Source: Lama glama (lineage: Eukaryota). Taken from it: a stretch of DNA of 64,000 nucleotides. The stretch is taken from assembly GCA_028534125.1 (NCBI GenBank), contig CM052817.1, positions 49,602,001 through 49,666,000 on the forward strand. The letters run 5' to 3'. Under the pieces are notes generated by a model. That model saw nothing but the letters and a program-made list of their open reading frames with translations. It searched no databases and was not told the DNA's origin. Below are positions 25,191 through 38,109 of this stretch, piece by piece. A program made the translations under genes and the position numbers. Position 1 is the stretch's first letter. Every line of letters starts with the position of its first letter.

Positions 25191-26939
25191 GATAATAATT
25201 TTATTTTAGAATTTTTTAGCTTTCGTATGCAAATTATTTTCTAGATGTAGAATCTAAGAGTGTAACTCTTTCATTCATTATTCATTCATTCATTCAAAGA
25301 GCAGCAATATTTATGTCAGTAATCATGCTAGTTATGGTTAGATACAGAGCAGTAGAATAATCTATTATTTTCCTCAAAGAAGCTTATAGCTTCTGACAAT
25401 TTCTATTCATATAGTTATTCAGAAATTATGAAATAGCTCATACATAACTTTAAGTCGTCACAACCTCTTTAAAAGTTGGGGGGGATATTATCACCCTAAT
25501 TTAATCAGCAAGGGATTCTTAAAATCAGATACATCAAGATAAAAAGGTTAATATATGACCAAAGACTTGAACTTTGGATTTCTGATGCTGAATTTCATGC
25601 TTTTTCTAATAATGTTTACATGGGTACTTCATTTGTGTAACCACTCTAGTTTTACTTTTATTCAAATTACTGAAAGACTTTAGTTCCTTTATTTTGTTCA
25701 TTTTAATGGACTTTTTTTAAAGAACAAGTTTACGCTTAATTCTCTCTCTTAAACAGATGCAATACTAGTTAGCATAAAAGGCTTTTATCAAAAGTTCCAT
25801 TTATTATTAGACTCATTCAGATTAAATGAATAAATAATTGTAATGTACAAATCAGAAGAAACATATAGAAATATATAAAGGGATTTTAAGTGTGATCAAA
25901 TTAAAATAATCTTTTTTCAAAGTCTGAACCAATTGTACATTAAAAAGATATTTCTAATTTATCATAGCCAAGTTCTCAAAGTTCATTACACACTTAACAC
26001 TGCTTTGAATGTGTTTTATCTATTATGCTCATCACAGACATTTCACAACAGCCTAACTAACAAATTTCTTTAAATTTTCTGAGTACTTTGTTAGGTTTTT
26101 ATGAACTTTTTTTCCCCTCTTAGGGAAACATCACTTCCTTTGCAGTTAGCTGGTACCTGCATATTGTTCCCTACAACTCTGTTCAAGATACGGAAATGAG
26201 TTTTTGGTCAAACTTATTTCAACTTTGACATGAGATAAAGTCAATATTACAGTTATATCAGACTGAGAGCAGCAGATTACCAGACAATACTCATTTTAAA
26301 ATTAAATATGGCTATGATTTTTAAAAATCTCCTTTACCATGATACAGTGTTATCATGATGTAATATAACATCCTCCCCATAAATTTGAGAGAATTTGATT
26401 TTTGTCATTTCTTGCTTATTGAAGGGCTCAGGATACTGAAACCAAATTGACGAAACTTAGGGGGAAAGGAAGTGAATTAAAAAGAAAAAAACCTGCAGCA
26501 ACCAAAATATCCATACACTAAATAATCAAGACTACTTAATGCCTGGATTTTGGAACTGGAGACTTCAGTTGTGAATTAGGAGGAGGGCATTGTACATGGG
26601 AATATAAGTAACATTTTTTTGTTTTTTTCTGGGTTGTGTAGTACCAACTTGAATAGCTACTTTTATTAGAGTCATGCAAACAGGTGTTAGTGACACAATT
26701 AAAATAAAATGAGTCAACGGGAAGATATAAAAAATGGATACTTTCCACTTGGCTCAGACCAAGTGCGAAGACAGCACACTGCTCATTATTAACAACTTTG
26801 ATGTCTATGTTGGAAACACTTTCTCTTCATTTAATTTTCAGCATCTTAACTGGAGACACATTACATGAACATGGAAACAAAGGAGCCATTAATCTTTTCC
26901 TTGTCCCACAGCTAAGCCGGGAACAAAGCTCCAGGACTA

Positions 26940-27720
26940 GAGCTAAATCATCTCCTCCTCTCCACCCCACTGCCTCAGCCTTAGTTCAGGCCCTCACCCT
27001 CTCTCTCCTGGACCTTCAAAATTACTTCTAAACTGGTCTTCCTAGCTACACTCTTGCTCTAATTCTCATTCATACCTCTGTGATTGTTCTAAATTCTAGC
27101 CTAATTAAAACTTTCATTGGTTGCCCACCCCCTGCAGAGTCAATTTCAAGCTCTTTCCTTTGGGTTATAAGACTCCTCATAAGCTTGTCCAGCCCACCAG
27201 CCTTACCATATCCTCTTTCTAGCATAGCAATACTGTGAAAGACTTGCAATCATGGATATACTTTGGGAGACCATAAATTCTTTGAGGGCAAAAGCCGCAT
27301 TTTACATGTATATTTTTCCCAGTATTAATTATTAGGGATAAATGCTGTTTCACACTCTTAGATTTTTTGAGGTTTTTTGTTTGTTTGCACATGCTATTTT
27401 TCTGTTCTTTTCTCCTTTTTTATACCTGGAGAACTTCTATCACTCAAAGTTTTAATTGTGTTGTTTTCTTGATAAAATTCCTGACACAGCCTTCCAAGAG
27501 GTTAATTGTTTTCTCTTCTTGTACAAAGTTCTATTTTGGCACATTTCACACTATATTAATTACTTGTTTCTATGTCTGTATCCCCTTTTAAAGTGTGAGT
27601 GTCCTGGAGGAAAAGAGTATATTTTAAAATCTTTATACCTCTTTGGCTCTAGGATAGTTTCTGAAGCATTATCATAATATGGTAGATACTATGCTCAAGA
27701 TTATCTCATTTAATGAGTAA
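26940..27720 (+). mobile_element. L2 remnant(s)
   Basis: cccactgcctcagccttagttcaggccctcaccctctctctcctggac...ctaaactggtcttcct is typical of the L2 3' region. Confidence 0.6.
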
Positions 27721-28498
27721 AATTTAAATAAATATTTGTTAGATAAAATTAAAACGTAAAAACTTTTACAAAAATATCTCATTTGCAAATATTAAATATT
27801 GAATCCTATTTGGGGATTCAGAAAATGAAGTAAATAAATACCAGCTCTCAGGTTGGAGGAAGATAATTTAAATGGCTCAAGATATTCTGCTTGGGGAGGT
27901 AGTACATGAGTTGGGACAGGTAAGTGTCACATGGAAAAGCATCCAGTCATGGGGACTGGAGTCTTATCAAGTACAATTCACAATTTGTGGTTTCACTGGG
28001 AGGTGCTAATAAAAATGTGAGGAATCAATTCAGGACTTTAAGAGTAATGTTGCTACTTTAAGAACAAGTCATTCAGAAATTTTTAATTATGCATATTAAA
28101 ATCTTCTACTTTTACTCAAGTAAAACTGATGAATTATATAACTTTATTGCTAAAAAGTCCCTTATTAAAATATGAAAATGTTATTTATAAATTACCTTTT
28201 TATTAAGTAAGTCTTTATACCTCACCACTCAAAATTCATGTTGCCTATATGTCAGACAAAGTGTAGCAGGAAGATATCCTCACTTGAATGTCAACATCAG
28301 TAGAGTTTTAACTAACTTACACTGTGATTGAGGTGTTGGGGGAAGGTATACATATTAAAACCTTGTGTTCTTTTAAAATCTAAGTATCCTATTATTAATT
28401 AACAGTAAAAACTATTCTCACAGAGGAAAAGAGCAAGTGAACACAAGAGTAGAACCATACTGAAATTTGTCTTAATGTTTTTCTTTCCATTATCACAG

Positions 28499-28650
28499 AC
28501 CAGTTGAATTTTCAGAAGCTGATTACCCACAAGTTGAATATCCAAGAAAACAACAATTTTGGGACCCAATAAGGCTAGCTCTTTACACTTTGGCAATTGT
28601 AGCAATCATAGGAATTGCAATTGGTATTGTTACTCATTTTGTTGTTGAGG
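28499..28650 (+). CDS. TMPRSS11F: TMPRSS11F coding exon 2 (cytoplasmic tail + transmembrane helix)
   Basis: Acceptor ttctttccattatcacag, donor gtaagt at 28651; 152 nt encoding PVEFSEADYPQVEYPRKQQFWDPIRLALYTLAIVAIIGIAIGIVTHFVVE, with a hydrophobic signal-anchor. Confidence 0.97.
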
Positions 28651-29573
28651 GTAAGTATCCAGGTCACATTTCTATTGCCTAAGTGCTCCATGACTTAACA
28701 TCGTAAAAATCTCTGTTGTATAAAAAATGTTATTTGCATGCTATTAGCATTTTAATGACTAATTCTTTATTGATGTTAAATTTTAGTTTGTTCATATATT
28801 GAGCCCTGTGGTGCTTATTTCCAGCCAGTGAATCTTGCAATATACACTACTATATAGATAGACACATGTAAAAGAGATGTATATTTAAAAAGAGAAAGAA
28901 TGAAGATTATCTTTAGAATAAGGATGTCATTGTTGAGTTTAATATGCTTTTTTAAAAATCAATATATTAATAAGTTTCCCCAAGAAAAGCTGATATGAGA
29001 AAAGTTATCTTAAAAGAAATCTTTAAAGGGCTAAAGATTACACATTATTTTTGAAGGAAAAAGAGATTGTTTCATGACTGGGGGGAGAAGAGAAAACTCA
29101 GAATTAACTCAGCATTATGTGCAAAAATGGATAGTCAGGACCACAGTTCAACCAAATGACAAACAACCATGGTCAGTTACCTTTGTCATTGGTATGTGTA
29201 TTTACAATCACATGTGACTGAGACTTTGCTTAGAATTTTATAGAATCCCATGACTCAACAGTAAAAGCATACTTGAAAGACTTCCCAGGAAAAAATGAAA
29301 TATTGTCCAACATGCTCAGTTAACCTTCCTATCCACTTTACCGGGGGATTGATGATACCTATTTCTTAGACTCTCGTGAAATAAAAGGATAAACCACATT
29401 AACCCCTGCAGATGTATCTTTCTTGTTAATATCTTCTTTGGGTTAAAAGGTAGTGAAGTAGTTTTGAGTTTAAAATCCCTTTATCTTCAATACTGTGTGT
29501 GTTCAAAAAAGAAAAAAGTAAAGTGATATTAAAAATAATGGTTTAAAAAATATTTTTAAAATATCATAGAGGT

Positions 29574-30033
29574 TGTATTAGGCTGAATAACGTTCCCACA
29601 CTCCCAAGACATGTGCCTGCATCTTTGTAACCTATGAGTTTTCCCTTATATGTCAAAAGGGACTTTCCAGGTGTGATTACATTAAGGATTTCAAAGAGAG
29701 ATCTTTCTGGATTTTCCAGGTAGGCCCTAAATGTAATCCCAGTGTCTATAAAAGAGAGGCAAAAAGGTCAAAGGAAGAAGACTACATAGTGACAAGAAGC
29801 AAGCAAACAATGTGATGCCTCAGCATAGACTAAGGATGAGGACAGCCTCTAGAAGCCAAAGAAGGCCAGGAAAAATATTCTCCCCTTAGATCCTCCAGGA
29901 AAAACAGGTCTTGATTTTAGCCCTGTAAAACTCATTTCAGACTTCTGACCTTCAGAACTGTGAGAGAATAAATTTGTGTTGTTTTAATGCACTGAATTGG
30001 TGGTGATTGGTTATAGCAACAAAAGGAAATACA
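29574..30033 (+). mobile_element. MaLR solo LTR (MLT1D-like) with perfect 5-bp TSD
   Basis: TG...CA ends; motifs aaagggactttccaggtgtgatta and cagaactgtgagagaataaatttgtgttgttttaa; GAGGT at 29569-29573 and 30034-30038. Confidence 0.88.
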
Positions 30034-30439
30034 GAGGTTAACAATCAAGAGGTTAATAAATTGGTCACATGGACTTCTCATGAAGCTCATTGAGATTAGC
30101 CTGAAAAGGATGGCAATTTAGTAAAACAAAAGAGAAGATAGTCTCTGTCAGATGATAAACTAGTAGAAGAGGTAAGACAGAAGCAACTAAGATGACACAC
30201 ATTTCAGAAAAGTAATGTATGTTTTTTTATAGCATAAATAAATAAAGTCAGCAAATAAAACAAAACAGAACAAAAAAACACACATGGTAGTAACTAGAAT
30301 AACACCAAGAAGAAGAAAATTTATTTTTAAAATACTGATATTAAAGAATAGAAATAAATGGATCTGAAAAGGAGGAAGTTAAAAAGAATGAAATATGTGA
30401 AATAACCAAAACAGAAGTAAGGATTTTAGCAGACTTAAG

Positions 30440-30676
30440 GGTAAAATTTACATCTCCAGGATTGAAGTGTGTTTGATGAAGTTATTTTTATCCTAAGGAT
30501 TTCAATAATTGTAAGTGACCAGTTTTTACTTTATTATAAACCTGACGTTATCTCCCCTAGCTCCTGTTGGTGAAGTGCTCCTAACCCACTTTTAGTTTGG
30601 TGCTGCCAGATCTGAATCTAAGTATGCTCAAATAAAGTCTTGAAAATCCAAACATGCCTCAGTTTACCTTTTAACA
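30440..30676 (+). mobile_element. ERV1-type LTR 3' fragment (MER34-like)
   Basis: Ends gctcaaataaagtcttgaaaatccaaacatgcctcagtttaccttttaaca, a poly(A) signal plus ...TTTTAACA LTR terminus; family name from memory. Confidence 0.5.
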
Positions 30677-31478
30677 TCAACAAATAACATTATAGTTAGG
30701 ATAAACCTAAGAAATTATTTAACATGACCAGGCCAACTTTAGGTCATTGAATGGCTAAGGATATAGATGTAGAAATAAAGAGTCCTCCAAAGTAACTGAG
30801 GAGTGACCAGGAGGAAGGAAGAAAATTATAAAATGGCTTCATAAAACTAAAGACTAGATTTCAAGGAACATGATTAAGACCACAAAGAAATCAAGATGAT
30901 TTTAAAAAAAAAACAAAACCAAAGCAAAGCAAAGGTGGCTATTAGTTATGACAACCGTTGTTGTTGACAATGGCAGCTTCAGTAGTGTGTTAGGAGTAAA
31001 TTACAGAGACTTGAGAACTGAATGGGCAAAAAGAAAGTGAAAACAACAAATACAGGTTTCTATCTAACTAAGCTTATCAGTAGCATAGAAAAAAGTGATA
31101 GCTTGTTCAATGTACCTTCATAATACAGTTTAACTATGATATATCTATATTATAATTCTTTAAGGAAATTGATCATTTTTACATGACTGTAAGCAATTGC
31201 CTTCAATATGTGACTTTTCATCATATGTTGTTTATCTAATTGTATAAAAATTTCTATGTGGGTAAACACTATAAATGAGTGTTCTGAAAGTATACTTTGA
31301 GATCTGAATTTTCTACTTTAGCTGGGTGCAATAATGAAATTATAAAATATTTGAAAACTGACTATAATGTATTTTGTACTAAGAAGAAATAAGCTGCATT
31401 ATAGTAAACCTATTTCCTGGAGATGGGGGACAAGTACTGATAATATTTAAGCACAGATATTTTATTTTTACCTTTCAG

Positions 31479-31597
31479 ATGATAAGTCATTCTATTATCT
31501 TGCCTCTTTTAAAGTTACAAATATAAAATACAAAGAAAATTATGGAATGAGAACCTCAAGAGAGTTTATGGAAAGAAGTCATCAGATTGAGAGAATG
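31479..31597 (+). CDS. TMPRSS11F: TMPRSS11F coding exon 3 (SEA domain start)
   Basis: Acceptor tttttacctttcag, donor gtaagt; 119 nt, (D)DKSFYYLASFKVTNIKYKENYGMRTSREFMERSHQIERM. Confidence 0.97.
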
Positions 31598-31669
31598 GTA
31601 AGTCCAACAGAAACTTTGAAAGTTTATGAATGTTATTTTTCTGCCTTACTTTGTGGTTGTTATAAGAAC

Positions 31670-31805
31670 TTAGCTGCTCCAAGCTTGATTTCTTCTTCTG
31701 TAAAATGAGGATAATAATGTAGTATGTAGGTCATATGGCTGTGAGGATGAAATGACTTAATGTATGTAAAATATTTAGGATAATGTCATGTACGTTTAAT
31801 GTATG
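31670..31805 (+). mobile_element. MIR remnant
   Basis: tttcttcttctgtaaaatgaggataataat...gtgaggatgaaatgacttaatgtatgtaaa. Confidence 0.65.
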
Positions 31806-32639
31806 TAGATTAGAGCAGGCAACTAATTAGTACCGGAGGAAATTACTGGCTGAAACAGATATTCTATTTTTAAACTCTTGATTTTCTTTCTTGGTTCATT
31901 TTCCTGAAACATTTTAACATAAGAATATTTGATTGCTATCTTTGCCTTATCATTTTGTTTATTTTACTTTTAAAAGCACATAAAGGGTCACATACAAGGA
32001 TGTGTGCTCTGATTCTTATCAATCTCAAACTTAGTCATGCTCCTCAAATATTTCGGTTTTCCTTGAAAACTGAGGCACTTATCAAGGCATTTCTAATTTT
32101 TAAAAGTTTATTAGGCAAGTTAAATCCTTACATATCATAGCAGAAACTCAACTAGAACAGTCTTTCATTTTCTGTTCAATGAAAATCATGTCTATGGAGA
32201 CCACAGATTTCTTTAGCGGAACCCAGGGTGTTAGCCTAGAGTGTACTTTTTTAAGCTTAGGAGTTATTCTGGAACAAAGAAGAAATGGGTCTATAGAAAA
32301 GGGAGTGAATTAGTGTGATTCTTTATGATTAGCTACTGACACTACCTCAATTAAAGGATGAGGAGCTAGGCACTCCCACTCTTTACTCACTGCACTCTCC
32401 TTTTTCTGAATTATTAACAACGTAGAAGGGCATATGCATTTTATTTGGCTATTTATCACTATACAAGTTGATTCTAAATGTTGAAAACCAGCAAAGAGTA
32501 TTCTCATTTCCTTAGCTATTTAAATAGTGTTTGTCATTTAACAGAATAGTATTTTTTACAAGTCTGTTGCCATAGTTCTTTTTTTTTTTTTCGTTTTATT
32601 GGGAGGTAGCTTTATTCAGAATTATGTTTAGATTATTTT

Positions 32640-33502
32640 ATTTTTAAATTGAAATATAATTGATAGATAACATTATATTAGTTTCAGTTTTACAACATAA
32701 TGTTCAGTATTTTTATGTATTGAAAAATGATCACCACCATAAGTCTAGTTAATATGCAACACCACACAGTTGTTTTTTTTTAACACCACACAGTTTTATA
32801 TAATTTTTTGTATAGTGAAAACTTTTAAGATTACTCCCTTGACAACTTTCAAACATACAATAGAGTATTATTAACTATAGTCATTATGTTATACATTACA
32901 TCTCAAGTCTCATTTACTCCATAATTGGAAGTTAGTACCTTTTGACCACCTTCACCCTTTTGCCTATCTCCCACCCCTCACCTCTGGCAACCACCAACCA
33001 ATCTGTTCTCTATCTGTGAGTTTGGGTTTTTTCCTTTGTTTGTTTGTTCATTAAGGTTCCAAACAAGTGAGATTAAATGGTATTTATCTTTCTCTGTCTG
33101 ACTTACTTCACTTAGCATAATGCCCTCATGGTCCATCAATGTTGTCACAAATGACAAGATTTCATTCTTTTTATGGCTGAATAATATTCCACTGTATGTA
33201 TATGTCACACTTTCTTTACCCACTCATTCATCAGTGAACACTTCGGTTGCTTGCATGTCATGGCTATTGTAAATACTGCAGCAGTGAACATGGGGGTAAA
33301 GATATCTTTTCGAGTTAGTGTTTTCATTTTCTTCAAATAAATACCAGAAGTGGGATTGCTAGATCATATGGTAGCTCTAGTTTTAATTTTTTGAGGAACC
33401 TCTGTACTATTTTCTAGAGTGTAGAGGATCAATTCATATTCCCACCAACAATGTATGAAAGTTCCCTTTTCTCCACGTCTTCACCAACACTTTTTATTTG
33501 TT
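32640..33502 (-). mobile_element. LINE-1 3' end (ORF2 C-terminus + 3'UTR), antisense
   Basis: tctgtctgacttacttcacttagcataatgccctc...tcatatggtagctctagttttaattttttgaggaacctc...cccaccaacaatgtatg; ORF 32978..33223 is L1-derived. Confidence 0.9.
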
Positions 33503-33579
33503 ACTGCACTTCTTGGGCCATTCAAGGAATAATGCGCCAAGAAAAAAGTCTGAATAGATAGACTCACTCTTTTTTTAAG

Positions 33580-34100
33580 CCATTTTATAGTATCTTCAGG
33601 TATTTCCAAGGTCTCAATATTTCTTTATTTTTTGAGTTCTTCTTTCTTAAAACTTTGTGCTCCCTGCTTTAGTTTGAATTGGTTGCTTTCTACCCCTTCA
33701 CAGAGATAAACATGGGTCATAAAAGGACTGCTCTGGTGTGTGAACCCAGTACTTCTTGCATCCCATGTTTTCCTTGATGTGGTTGGTGGGTTATGTCCTC
33801 AAGTACCTTCTGTAAGAAAAAGAGCATGAGAAGTAATATTTCTGACTTACTTATGCCAAGAGAATCCTTTATTCTGTATTCCATTCAGCTGATAGTTTGA
33901 ATGTAAAACTTCAAATTAAAAATAATTTCCCATCAGACCATCCAAGGCCTTGCTTCATTTTTATTACTGTTACATGTGGCTGAGGAGAAAGTGTGTTTTT
34001 AAGTGATCTGTTCTTTCTCTAGACATTTTATACTCTACTCTTCAGTTTTCTAAAATTTCGTAATGATGTGTCTTGGTATTTTGTATTTTTTCCTTTCATT
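33580..34100 (-). mobile_element. Ancient L1/HAL1-type ORF1 remnant
   Basis: gagaatcctttattctg...ctgatagtttg...aaggccttgcttcatt...gtaatgatgtgtcttgg resembles the antisense ORF1 C-terminal region of old L1M/HAL1 elements; heavily decayed. Confidence 0.45.
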
Positions 34101-34149
34101 CATTTTTTAAATCCTTACTTTCTGTTTAATTTGTTTTGCCAAACACAGT

Positions 34150-34827
34150 GAAAACTTCAGTTTGACTAATTGTACAGAAAATAGTATATTGTGCAATTTG
34201 ACTCTCTTTATATAAATGGAAACATATTATATCCTTCTGTGAATTTATTCTTTCACTCAACATTCTGGTTTTAACGAATTTTTCATTTTGTTGCATGTAG
34301 CTCTAGGCTCATTTATTTTCACTTCTGTGTAGAATGCCCTAGAAAGAATATACCATTTAATTCATTTTATGATTGCAAACATTTGGAGTGTTTTTACTTC
34401 TTATACTTATGAACAATGCAGGTAATGCATATCCTTATGCCTCCTATTCCATGTGCAAGAGCCTCCCTAGATCATAAACCAAGCACAGAGTTTCTTGGGT
34501 CACAGACTCAACTTTAGATTATGATCAGTGGTTTTCCAAGGGGTTTGTAGACATCTGCATGACCACCAGCCGTGATAGTGTTTTTGAGTTAGGCATTTAA
34601 TTCCATTTTTCCCCCTACGAAAATAAGCACTTCTTTTAGCACCACTGACTGAATAGTCAGTCCTTTCCTGGCTGATCTGCCATGCCTTCGCCGCCCAAAT
34701 TCCAATTTCCACGTACAACGTGGGATGTTACTGGGCTCTCTAATCTGTTCCATTGCTCAGCTTGTTTTTCACTGTGTCGATATCACAAGTCTTCAACCTC
34801 TACAGTTTGAAATGTGTTGATACATGT
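34150..34827 (-). mobile_element. Old L1ME-type fragment, resuming after the MLT1 at about 35250
   Basis: tataaatggaaacata...ctttcactcaacatt...ttgttgcatgtagc...ctgggctctctaatctgttccattg. Confidence 0.65.
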
Positions 34828-35249
34828 TGTATTAGTTTCCTAGGGCTTCTGTAGCAAATTACCAAAAATTAGCAAGCTAAAACAACAGAAATTTACTTCC
34901 TCACAGTTATGGAGACCAGAAATCTGAAATCAAGATGTTAGCAGCCTTGGGAGGCTCTAGGGAAGAACCCCTCTTAGCCTCTTCCAGCTTCCAGTAGCTT
35001 CAGGCATTTCATGACAGTGACTCCATAAATCTAATCTCTGTCTCCATCTTCATCTGGCCTCCTCCTCTGTGTTTTTGTGCTTCTCTGCTCTGAGGAGGGC
35101 ACTTATAATTGGATTCAGGGTGTTTCTGGATAATGTCTCCACAATGATTCATCTTATCTACATCTGCAAAGACCCTCTGTCAAATAAGGACACATTTACA
35201 TATTTCCAGAGTTAGACATATCTTTGGGGGGCACCATTCAACCCATACA
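34828..35249 (-). mobile_element. MaLR solo LTR (MLT1B/C-like)
   Basis: tgtattagtttcctagggcttctgtagcaaattacc...aaacaacagaaattta...ctgcaaagaccct...ggggggcaccattcaacccataca. Confidence 0.85.
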
Positions 35250-35318
35250 CCTGGATTTATCATCATCTTCTTCAGGAATATAGTGATTATTCTTGTTCTT
35301 TTTCTTTTCCATACCAAG

Positions 35319-35319
<1 letters not shown>

Positions 35320-35357
<38 letters not shown>
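35320..35357. repeat. (CA)19 microsatellite
   Basis: Perfect CA run. Confidence 0.97.
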
Positions 35358-35362
<5 letters not shown>

Positions 35363-35738
35363 CCTTCATATTGAGATTTTGACTTAACTAAATAATTGAC
35401 ATCATTTACTTATACTTATTTACTGTATTTCAATAATACCACAGTGTTTTTCTAAAAGGTCCAGTTAACCTTTCTTTAGATTTATTGTTGTTGTTATTTG
35501 GGTTTTTTTAGTGTTTGTGTGTGTTTGTACTCGGTCATTGTTAACTGATATCTTTTCAAAGTACATGTTTTTAACTGGTTTTTACAGGTGTATAGAAATG
35601 TGACTAGCTTTTTAATTTCTCTTTTCACCCCTTCTTCTTTTTTGTATTTAATGTTTCCAAGTGCTGAGTCTCTCCTGGAGTTTTTTAGAGCAGATGGACT
35701 CCCTTTCTGGCTGAGTTCTCTTGATCTATAATCTGGCC

Positions 35739-35855
35739 CAGTGGTTCTCAATTGAGGGCAATCTTGTTTCCCAAAAGTTATTTGGCAATTCCTGGGAGCA
35801 CTTTTTGGTTGTCACACTGAGAGGAGGAGTGCTATGGCATCTAGTATCTAGAGGC
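35739..35855 (+). mobile_element. MER20 (hAT-Charlie) fragment
   Basis: cagtggttctcaa...atttggcaat...tttttggttgtcaca...tgctatggcatctagt...agaggc. Confidence 0.75.
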
Positions 35856-35859
35856 TCTG

Positions 35860-36235
35860 ACTATTTCTCCAACTTCTACACTCTCCTCCTTGCTCACTGT
35901 CCTCTGCCCACAATGGTCCTCTTTGGGATTATCTACAAATTCTCTTCCTTCTGCCTGGAATTTCCTCATGATCCTACTTTTTGTTGCTTACTTCTTATGA
36001 TCCTTCAGATGTCATGTTACCCCCCTGGAAGTAATTATAGACCCCTGGCCATTATCCTATAATACCTTCCCATACTAGTTGCATTTTGTACTTAATTCTT
36101 TTTATTCATCACCATCTGTCTCTCTATTCTATGAGCCCAAGGACCACAACTTTTTGTTCATACTCTTTATCAGGTATTGTCACAGTGCCTGAAACATAGG
36201 ACATTCCTAATCAATTGTGTTGAATGAATAAATAC
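35860..36235 (+). mobile_element. L2 3' end remnant
   Basis: Ends cacagtgcctgaaacatagg...tgttgaatgaataaat. Confidence 0.65.
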
Positions 36236-37419
36236 ATGAGAAAAAGGGGAGGTGACAGGATACAGTCAAAAAGTCTTGAAGCAGTGCAAAAGCCAGCATT
36301 TTTTCTTCACACCATTGTTTAAGCTTAACCATAGCTGGAGAGTTAATCAGTTTATCAAAATATTGTTGTGCACCTCCTTTGTGCAAAACTGTGAAAAATG
36401 CCGAGGTCTACATAATACAGTCCTTTCTCTATCTGGAGTCTATAATGTGATTTACACATGGAAATTTATGCATGTAAAATAACAAGATGACATGACATAT
36501 GAGATTTTATAAACATAAGCGTTGCCACATTGCAGAATATAATTGTCAAATATATGACTCAAACAATAAGTATTTTAGGGGGTTTGAGGAAGTAAAAACC
36601 CCTTTGAGCTAGCAGGAAGCCTTCATGGAGAGAAAACAGAAAAGCAGTCTGGTTTTTTCAGGTATATTTGCCCGCTGCTGGTACATATTCCCCTGACAGG
36701 AGCAGGAAATCTGCAGAACTTGTCTGGCTTACTTTCTTGGGTGGACCCAGAAGGGATTTCTTAGCTGTCATCCAGTAACTACTGATCCTCCATGAGGACT
36801 TAATTTGCATGCAGTTCCCAGCCAGAGGGAAGATACAAGCTCAAATTTGCCAAAGACAGTAACTGAGTGTACTATTAGTCAGAGCCATACATACGTATTG
36901 TTTCAAATGTGTTATTTTGTTTTTTGATGCTGGAGTTCAAACCAAGGACTGCAACTGGTATCTGATTTTAAAGTGAACCTTTAATTTTTCATTTTACCAT
37001 GGGCTTAGTCTCAATCTTGTTTTAAGTGGAATAATCTCTAGTAAAATAATCTATGCTTAGATTTGGGCTATAAAAAGGGAAGGGTACAATTAATTTTTGT
37101 AATCTGGACGAACTATAACATTACTGAGATCCCAGAAGAAAAATATAAACACGAATTAAACTTCTCCAGAAACTGGTTACAACAAGGATTACGTGTCTGA
37201 AGAGAAGTAGTCCCCTCAGCCCTATTTAGCTAGAAGCAAAAAGGAAGCAACCTCCCAAGCGGTTATCTTTTATGAGGTTTAGGTTCAGGAAATAAGAGGT
37301 ATTTGGAGGCCTTCTTTAAGAGTTTCCTGCCTCAAGACCTGCCTACCCTCAACAATCTAAACATCTGTCATCAGGCATGTAAGTAACTCTGGGCTGTCAG
37401 TGTCACTTAATATACTTAG

Positions 37420-37625
37420 GAACACAAGCTCTAGAGCCAAGTATCCACCACTTCCTATGCCACCTTAGACAAGTTAAGTTTCTGAACCTCAGTTTCTTCA
37501 TCTATAAAATGGAACTGATGATAATAAAGAAAATACTCTCTTCATGAGATGGTATGAAGTTGACAAAGGAATTGGTCCAATGCCTACCATGTAGTATGGG
37601 CTTAACATGTGTAAGCTGTTATAAG
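37420..37625 (+). mobile_element. MIR SINE
   Basis: ctctagagcca...ccttagacaagttaagtttctgaacctcagtttcttcatctataaaatgg. Confidence 0.75.
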
Positions 37626-38109
37626 TGGTTACACCAATACTGTAGTGTATCAGAATCTACCCATTTTTTCAAATAGAGGTTGACTCCTCAGGGAAGCATG
37701 TTCTTATTAATATATTTTGGTTTGAATAGACTCTTGATGTTTTTTTATACTCTGATATGACAGAATCCTGATCCTTTCCCAAAGTGCCATTATGTACACA
37801 GAATTTCAGGGGACATTTATATTAAGTGCTGGAGATCTTAAAAACAGATTTTCTCCTTGTTCCTTGAGAAATGGAAATAAAATGAGCTCAGAAAAGCTTA
37901 GTGAAATCATAAGTGACTTAACTCAGAACTGATCCAAACCCCTGGAATGACCATCCATGGTGGGGGGTCACCACTGAGGTCACCTTCAGGCTTCCATCTT
38001 GCTTTAGATTCCCATGGATTTCGACTTACCCTTGGCAACATGATTTACAGACAAAACAAAAACAATGCGTCATTATCTTCTTCCCTTTACCGTATTGTTG
38101 ATTCTTAAT

